Assembly: GCA_000934665.2 (NCBI GenBank) | Contig: KZ537996.1 | Coordinates: forward strand, 124,001 to 188,000 | Direction of reading: 5' to 3' | Length of the DNA: 64,000 nt | Source: Catajapyx aquilonaris | Lineage: Eukaryota | Shown: positions 55,341-64,000 of the stretch, piece by piece | How the letters are laid out: every line of letters starts with the position of its first letter | Numbering within the stretch: position 1 is the stretch's first letter | Translations under genes and position numbers: made by a program | Notes under the pieces: generated by a model | What the model saw: only the letters and a program-made list of their open reading frames with translations | Databases searched by the model: none | What the model was told of the DNA's origin: nothing

Positions 55341-58300
55341 ATTCATGTTTCCCTCTATATTATGCAAAAATAGGTGTCATATTTAAGCAAGTGATAATAT
55401 TAGCCTTTACGATATCGCTTTCCAGCAACTGATAATATTAATGTATCACTTTCTATATAATGTGGTGCATTGCTTAAATCCACAGTTTAAAGAGTAGCTA
55501 CAATCACGACAATTGCGTGTTGAATCCATTGGTTTGCTGCGGTAAATAATCCCTCTAAAAAATGTGGCTAGAGCGAGCACTTCATCATACTTTGCATGTG
55601 TTTCAGATTGAGTTAGCTTATTGCTGTTCATTGCTCTGCAGTTATGTTTCAACGTAATAGGCATCATAAACTTTCATTGTTCTCTTGTATGAGATTGTGA
55701 AATAGTCAAGATATCCGAGATTCATAACGCCTGGACATGAATAATCATGGTACTGGCTGTTTTTAAAGCCTTTTTAGGACCCTTTTTGGAGGGTTTTAGG
55801 ACTTTAAAAATCTGACCTGTATATATTTTTAACTTACGAAGCTAGAACCATAACGACTGGATGAAATCAATAAAAAGTGTTTCACAGAGCCATAAGTTCC
55901 ATTTCGACCCAGGCACCTGAAACTTACATTTTTGATTAGCACGAAACTATCTAGAAAAAGTGCGCAAAACCGCAGCATTATGACACCATACACTATGATG
56001 CATGCCACCATAGGGATTATTTTTTTCCCCTCCCCATTCCTGCCTGGGGAATCGTAATGAATTACCGCCTAATAAGCACTAAGGGAATTGTCTCGTCCCA
56101 AATTCACCGTGGATTTCAATATGCGTACGCCATAGAGCAGCGGCTCAGAACTTGCCTGAATAGATCTGTAAAAAAGTTTGTGGAAATGGCCATGGGGTGG
56201 AAGAAGATTGCAGTTGTGTGAAGGGGAGGGATGGAAGGAGGGGTGGTTTAAAAGAGAATAAGAAAAGAGGAAGAAAAAGAAGAAAAAAAGAAGGCTATAG
56301 ATATGGCAAAGTTTTGGAGGGTGGTAGGGGAGGATCCGCGTCGGGGGGCTTTTGTAGGCGAAATAATTTCGCAGCCCCTTGCAGTGGGATAGAACAAAAG
56401 AAGAGGCGTTGTGGGGAGCATCGTTATACCCCCCTCGCTTCATCTCCAGTTTCCCCGCCAAATGATTTTCACCGGCTTTTCTAACTTCAACGTCTTTTTC
56501 TTCCATTCGGCCATAGCAGAAGCCCCCCGGGCGAGATGACTTAACTAACTTTGCTGCACAGTCTTTCCCGTGGGCGCGCTACAATTAGGTAATTAAATTG
56601 TCAAATAAATCAGCAAGCGCCGGTGTAATCAAGATGGCCCCCTGCATTAGCCCCGGGCAGTATACCTACAAGCCAAAGCCAGCCTCGTAAAATGGCGCCG
56701 GCGTCTCTACCTCCCCCTACCCCAACTCCTTTTCTTCGTCTCCCCCTCTTCCGCATATGCCAGGTTTTCTTTTCTTTCCAAGGGGTTGCTGCATGCTCGA
56801 TTCAAAATGGCGACGAAAATATCAAGGAGGGGGAGAGGGAAAAGGACAAACAGGAAAACGTGATGATGGCTGGAATGGTGAAGACATTAGGGGAGGATCC
56901 TTTTGGGTGCAGTCAGGTTGTCGAATAAGGAAGGCCCGGTTGCTCATCATTTGACGGCTCCGGGGACTGCTGTTGGGGAGACGGACCCTTTTCTGGATGT
57001 TTTTCCCCAACCGGGAGAGTGCTTCCACAGCCCATCCCCGCCATCATTGCAATCGCCACGCCGTTGACTTCTACAACACTTCAGGATTGACTTTTCCGTA
57101 CAAATAAAAAGAAATCCACCCCCCCTCTACTTTTTCTCAGATGATGTTATCGTCTCGACGGAGCATCCTGTTCTCTCCGGACGGCGACAATTTGCGCAAT
57201 ATTTCATGTGGAAGTAGTTATTTTTAGGGGGAGCGTTACCGTGTTTGCTTCTCGTATCGTACCGGTACAGGAACATGATAGGCTGTTGTAAAAGAACTGA
57301 ATTGCCCAGACTGGTAATTGGTTTTATATGATAATAACTTACCCTTGGATATGATGCAATATTTTTGCATTAATTTCTGAAGTGTCCATTTCACGTTATA
57401 GGTCTATGCGACAAGAATGAGCATAACATTTCTTAGATTGGTTGGTCTTATTATTATATAACTAATTTTGCTGGTAAAATTACAGCCTCATCTCTGCGAT
57501 TGTTATGATTTCAATGCAACTTACATTAGTAGACTCTATAGTACCATTGGGCACTTGGATATCATAAATTTAAAAAACAAAAACATGAACAGATTCTGTA
57601 AAACACGCCGATGCGAAGCGCATAGTTATAAACTTACTTATGCAATAAGAAATAGTGCCGATTAAAAATGTTTTTATTAAGTTTATAGAACACAAAAAGG
57701 AAAATATTGCATATGTTAAAAAGCGGAAACCAAAATTATCTCAAGTTTAGTCTTCTCAGCATTTTCGCTATTACTCTGCGCTAAGAGTATGACATTTTTT
57801 ATTTTCCTTAGTATTAGCATACTGCACTGCATATTGTAAGGTAGTCAACGTAGCCCATAATCATATATACCAATCACAAAAATCAGAAGTTATAGCTGTG
57901 ACCTAAAGCATTTTAGCAATAAAGAATTCTCTTTAAAAAATTGAGTAGCCTAGGCCTAATTTGAGACAATAATCGCAACAACACATGGTTTGGATGGAAC
58001 ATTTTAAACTAGAAATTAGAAAGCCTTTTTTTCATTTGTGCAGCACACATTTTTTGTGATGTGGGCCAATGGTTTTTTTCGGACATCTTAATGAACCGGC
58101 TGTGTCATGACATCCGTCAAATTGCTTATGTTGCATTTCCCTCCACGAAGGAGAGGTTTTACCATTTTAGGACTGGGTGATTACATAATAAACATATTTT
58201 GTGATGTAAATGCAAAATAATTGAGGTACACTGCATTTGCATTTCAGTGCTTTATAATTTCTTAAATAATGACAAAAACATTCTTGGCCACCAAGCATTG

Positions 58301-60477
58301 TTAACTCTCTGTATTGTTGCAATAAGTGAAAGCGTTTGCTATCTGTATGTATAATCCCGTCCACCTCAATAGTTATGATCCTAGACATTTGAAAGTACAT
58401 TGGTAATGAATCTGCAAAATCGCCTTCGTACCACCAATGACTCACATTCACATAATTATGATAAGTAAGCCTATACACAACATGCCAACAAAGGACATGA
58501 TGTGTATTGATATGATTTGAGTCAAACAATTCATGCCCTCGTAAGGCCTGTGACCTTCTACATCTGAAAATTAGGATAACAAGCATCTCTACGTAATGTA
58601 TTCAGTATAGTCCCTCGGTTTATAGGGCAAGTACCCGTCTATACCGTTGTTAAACCATGCAGAGTGGTCACAGGACGACTATATATCTGGCAAGCCCATC
58701 CTATGTACCAAAATTAGGCGCATAATGAGGTGAAGATTTACTGCCACTCTACTCCATGCTGATTTATTGGCTCATTAATGGCCCGATTAATAAATTAAAG
58801 ACTTTGGTATGATGAAAACACTGTACTCCCTCAAAGGATTTTATTCCCAGTTCCCATCAGCATCCATGCATTTTTCGGTTGGACGCAACTCGGCCGTCAC
58901 CTGTGGCCAAATTGTACGTCCAGGCACGTACCGTACTGTGCACATGACTCGCAAAAATATCCGGGTTAGGAAAAGACATTAATGGGAGCCTAGAAAGTGT
59001 CTAATATTTAATAAGTGTTTATTGAACGTATGTTTTATATGAAAGGCGACAAGTGTCAGGTGAAGCAGCGGCACCAACAGCCGCCATGGGACCTCTCGTC
59101 TCACTCCATTCAAAATATCCAGCCCCACACTATTTTGATGCTAAAATATTGAGTTTTCTAACAGAAATAACGAGAGGGGCCTATAGGCTGCAAAAAAGGC
59201 GCGAAATTTCCAGCGAATCTCTAAAAGCGGATGGCAACATGTAAACAAATTGGCAGTGTAATTAAAGCGACAACACCCCCAACCCCTCCTCTCCGGCAAG
59301 CTTCCATAGCATATGAATTTTAATTCCTTCCCAACCCCCCCTATATCCGCCCCCCCCCCCATCTCCCTCACAACCGTTCTATAGTCGGATATAGGCCGGG
59401 TTACGAGCAAAGTAGAAAAGATTACCATTACCCGGAGGCTATAACATTAAATTTCATACCCAACTTTGCCTTAGGTGAGAAGAAGGCGTAGTTTCGCCTA
59501 TGGGATCATAAATTTGTCGAAGGGGGTGGCGGGTTAGGGGGGGGCGAAGAGGGAGGGGGGGTGCGCCTCGGCTCTATTTTTCCCGCTCATTTCACACCAG
59601 GATCGCGTTTCTTACGAAAAAAGAAATTCAGGACTGTCACTTTTATGATAGTCCAGGGTTTCTTATGTGAGGGCTGTGCATTAAAATCTAGGCTAGTGAC
59701 ACTGGGATTAGCAACTGGTGACTACCACATCACAGTGTGAATCACCGACTAAATTACATCCAATTAAATAACTTAACATAATTATTTGTAATTTTTATGA
59801 ATTTTCAGACACCCTGTATGGTATACCAATGATTGGTAAAATTCCTTCGAGACCTATTTCTCATAACATCCATGAAGAATATTTCCACATTGTGTGTGTA
59901 GAAAGAATATTCGCCCCACATATATATTTTTTTTACTTCGCCACCAGCCATCTTCATATCAAACGCAAAGAAACTTCATCGGGAACTCTAATCTCCAGAG
60001 GTGTATATTTTATTTCCGCTCCATTGTACTCGGAAGGGAAGTTATCCAGGGGAAGGGGGCATTTTATCATGGCCCGGGACCCCCTGTATACATGTCCTGC
60101 ACATTGAATCGCCCTTTTCTGAGACATTAAGTTTCCCGAGCGCTAACGTTCCAATCCCCGCCTCCCAATATCTGCAGAGCCACCCCTCCTCCCCGCTTCC
60201 TCCTCCATCCCCCTCTTTCCATCTCCTTCCCCCCACTGGAAACTTGCCTGCTTCATTTTGCAGCTACACCTCGTAAATTTCCATTTCTTCTTCCCCCGGC
60301 CACTCCCAACAGTAGGAAGAAAACGGGGAGTGACGGTGAGGGAGGGAATAGCGGTTTAGATGGGATTTGCAGAACATCTATGGTCTACTGCAATAATGTG
60401 ATATTCTCACTTCTTTTTTTATAAAAAATTTGCCATATTTTAACTTAAAATCATGGTTAGGTCACTCCCACCCACCC

Positions 60478-60777
60478 CCTGCCGAGGCGTTTTGCAGCGG
60501 GTGCTCACCTGAGAGCGCCATGAGACATTTCTCGGAGCAATTATGTGGCGACCCTACCGGACTAGGCTGAACTTTATAGGTACAAAAGGGAAGCGCTACA
60601 TTGGGGGACCCAACATGGCCGCCGGCGGCCATGTTGGGCCAGCATGTAGCGCTTTCCGGCGCTTCCCTTTTGTACCTATAAAGTTCAGCCTAGTCCAGTA
60701 GGGTCGCCACATAATTGCTCTGGGAAATGTCACATGGCGCTCTCAGGTGAGCACCCGCTGCAAAACCCCTCGGCAGG
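60478..60777. repeat. 300-bp foldback element (119-bp arms, 5 mismatches) with a perfect 30-bp central palindrome; MITE-like
   Basis: Arm 60478-60596 is the reverse complement of 60659-60777. The centre is CCCAACATGGCCGCC|GGCGGCCATGTTGGG (60609-60638). No target-site duplication recognised. Confidence 0.92.
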
Positions 60778-60977
60778 CGATAAGCTCAGAATGTAGTATA
60801 AGTGTCCGGGGGCTGCTTAAAACTAACCAGTTGCCAAAAATTTGGAAGAAACTGGTAATCAGGTTGCAATGAAAACCGGTTGCTACGGCAACAAAATATG
60901 GAAAAACTAACAAACAAATTTTGCATTCATAATTTTTCTATCTTCCTGAGAATGTTGACAAAAAACGAAAATTTTAT

Positions 60978-61127
60978 TGTACTATGGGACTCAAATTGTT
61001 TCGGCCACTTTATCCTGGTCTTGAAGCAATCCTTCGCACATGCCCCACGGTGAGGAGGTGTGTCTGTGCGAAGGGTTGCTTCAAGACCAGGATAAAGCGG
61101 CCAAAACAATTTGACCCCCATAGTACA
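60978..61127. repeat. 150-bp foldback element (63-bp arms, 5 mismatches, 24-nt loop); MITE-like
   Basis: TGTACTATGGG...CCTTCGCACA (60978-61040) pairs with TGTGCGAAGG...CCCATAGTACA (61065-61127). Confidence 0.9.
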
Positions 61128-64000
61128 TGTACACATGATTGTCTAAATTTGAAGACTACTTCCAACATTGTAAGCAGTTCTCATCACAGAACCATCATAT
61201 TAATAATATTTAAAACTAATTAACTAAAAAAACGAATCGATGCTTATAACGAACGTTATAAATCTAGCTGGGTTTGTTCTTACCTCGGATTTTTTTTTTT
61301 TTTTGTGTGTGTGTGTGCATCTTCTGCCCAACGTTGCACAGTTACCCTTTTACGACATCAGATAGGAAAATCCAATTTTATATAACGCGCGTTGATTTAA
61401 TTTAGATAGATACTCGAGGAAATAAAGGAAAGGGGATGAGCTATTTGAAGGGAAAAGTTCACCCAGTCGACCGTTGGAACTCATTATCAAAAGTAAACAG
61501 ATTTACGGCAACAATGTGCAAACTAGCCTACCGCAAATCTGGAGGCCATTCCTCAAACCATTTTGGAATGGAGGTCGAGCGTAGATAGTGCACATAAGCG
61601 GATAGACGCCATTCGTATCCGGGCCTTAAGTTAAGGACTACGTCATTGTCATATTGCCGCTATTTCGCTACCTTTTACGACCTGGTAATTATTAGGCTTT
61701 AATTCTAGTGCAATGCAAATGGCTCTATTTGGTCCCCATAGCCAGAAAATGACTCATTATGAAGATTTTTTTGGGAGGGGACTTTTTTTTCGTTGCTGAA
61801 CACCGTCGAGACCTATATGAACACATTTTGATAGGATGAGTACATTTCGACTCCCACGAGCCCTCGTTTCTGCCTCCTGAAATCAATGTGGAAGATAAAT
61901 GACATCATTTAAGATTTCTGAGATATATTTTAAATAAAAAAAATCAAGTGCCTGGGTTTAATGAAACAGCGGGCAACTGAACTGGAATGGAAGCTGAGAT
62001 ATCCTTCGTAAAAATCTGGCTCAACTATCACAAAGATAGAGATACCATCTACAGCGTAGTTAATGAAATTGTAATTGGCAACAAAGTAAATGGTGCTGAA
62101 AGTGTTTCGGCCAGATTTATCGGTTCTGATACTTGGGGTGGAAGTTTCATTTTGTGTTTTAAGCGAGTTTGTAATTGCAAATATATCATTCTGATGCTTT
62201 TAAAAAGTGTGAATACTTTTACTTGCAAAATAGGCTTTTACAATATTATTTATGTTCACGTGACGTTTTATTTACTGCACTGATTTGTATATTATTTAGA
62301 GATAGCCTACAATCTAATGAATTCATAGGAAATTTCAAGCAAGTGAAAACCAATTTATAATACGCAATGTACAGTATAATAATGAACTTTTGTTAAAAAT
62401 ATTACTCATAAAATGTATAGAGTTGTAGACGTTACAAAAGTGCCGAACAATTGATTCCAATATATTGTAACATGCCATAGTTACAATCCATATAAGTTTA
62501 TGCTGCACTTACAGACTATTAATATCACATTCCTGAACCCATTTCGCAGCTCATATAAACATAGTTAATCATCAGGACCATAATTATAAATGTAAATCCG
62601 CCATTCACTTTGCACAGTAACCCTGATCACGACCTGAATAATGCAACTATATGATATATAAGGCTTCCCTGTTTTGCTGAAGGAATCGTCCTTGGTCTTC
62701 ATCCTAGCAGTTAGGCAACTGATACACGCGTTCCTTTTGGACCACTAGAGACTCTCGTATGAGATAGGGCTAACTACAGTTACAGTTTTACATCTCATTT
62801 TGAGTGTCAGTGTATATGACGTGATGTGCCAGTGCTTCCCCTGACGCACTGGAAAGGGTGCATGGGAATGTAACATTTAAATATCTTTCTATTGCAATAT
62901 CGAAAGTATACACACTACTCTGTAATACGGCATAAATGGATATTTGGTATGTCTATTTTTGTTAATTAATAAATTTTTTAAAATGTTAATTTTCTTATAA
63001 TGTTCATAGGATTTAAATTCGGTATCTCATCAATACTCTCACAACACCTATACGTAAGACAATGTGTAGCCTACATAATTATACAGAGTGGTGCACTGCC
63101 CAAGTCCGTACGTTATGAAGGGGTTACGGAAACAAGTTGGATTGTTCACTCTAGAAGCCAGCTAAAACAGAAGCAATTCAATTACACGTTGGGAAGGTCT
63201 CAATAAAATCATTCATAAGCATAGATGGGGTGTATTGTAGGCTACGATCCTCAGCTACTCTTTAGCATACACTCGCGCTGGTGTGTAAAATTTTGGCCGA
63301 GGAACAGGACCGAAGTATATACTCAGGCCAAGGGACTGGGGACCGGAACGTCCGTGTGTAGATCCCTTTATGTGAGACATTGCCGTTGGCCAGTGGCATA
63401 CAACCGATGAAAAAAGTCGATACTCACTTGGCAGTGGCATATCAAATCCCTTTCCCCTCGATCATATAGAGGAAAGGAAATAAAAAAGTGGAGTAAATAA
63501 CAGCATAAAAATGCAATTAATATAATGCGCGTAAATCATTCAGAAGTGTAACATGTAGGCTAATAGTTAAACTTGTGGACCTTCTTCATGTCCGAACATC
63601 CCCAAAGTTGTCAAAGAATATCGATTCCAATTCTAATTTTGGATATCAATTTGACATTTATTGAAAACTTATGCTAGACCTATACTTATGAAAAATAAAG
63701 TGACGATATGAACCATTTAATTGCCAACATTAATCTGATTATGATAATAACCTAAAAAATAATCTGCCATATTTAAAATAGCGAAATGAACCAGTTATGG
63801 CCACTCCTGCTCCAGTTCTGACAATGCTAATGTACAGTACAGTCATGGCCACTTGGATATTGCCCTCGAAACTGCCTATTTATGACCAAACACAGCCAAT
63901 GTCAAGCAATAGGATTTATCTGAACCTGTATAACCAGATATTCTGCTACTCCAATGATCTTGATGGGAAGCAGCAGAGTATACTATGTGATGCTTTATGC

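Noticed and set aside
58590..58612. 10-nt match (ATTCAGTATA) to the miR-iab-4 complement
   Set aside because: No hairpin, the seed match is incomplete, and iab-4/iab-8 is expected between abd-A and Abd-B rather than here.
63415..63440. Minus-strand donor-like CAA|GTGAGT as a bxd-like non-coding exon end
   Set aside because: Isolated short motif with no supportable exon or promoter; needs transcript data.
20700..64000. abd-A homeobox exon or other protein-coding genes among the short ORFs (e.g. 29218-29658, 37737-38144, 56069-56506, 58167-58586)
   Set aside because: No homeodomain or other recognisable domain, many non-ATG starts and low-complexity translations; consistent with random ORFs in non-coding DNA.

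Overview
This is animal (arthropod) genomic DNA from a Hox cluster. The only protein-coding sequence I can support is coding exon 1 of Ultrabithorax (Ubx) on the minus strand (19957->19402). It runs from MNSYFEQ to FYPWMAIAG and ends at a phase-1 G|GTGAGT donor. The homeobox exon is not in the window, so positions 1-19401 are part of an intron longer than 19 kb. Positions 20-64 kb are non-coding upstream DNA; by standard cluster order this is the bxd-equivalent interval towards abd-A, and no abd-A exon is visible. The non-coding DNA alternates between islands rich in homeodomain/Pho-type motifs and AT-rich patches. Those patches hold a tRNA-derived SINE with a target-site duplication, a Tc1/mariner-type MITE, several long near-perfect palindromes, (ATT)n microsatellites and two assembly gaps. 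The best leads are: a candidate recursive-splice (AG|GT) site in the Ubx intron, a uORF-rich Ubx leader, two 10-Ala tracts in the Ubx N-terminus, a candidate Polycomb element with an Exd/Hox/Hth composite site near 56.6 kb, and long hairpins in the upstream region. All regulatory calls are motif-level inference. I cannot identify the species, and I found no evidence that would establish a new biological system from sequence alone.
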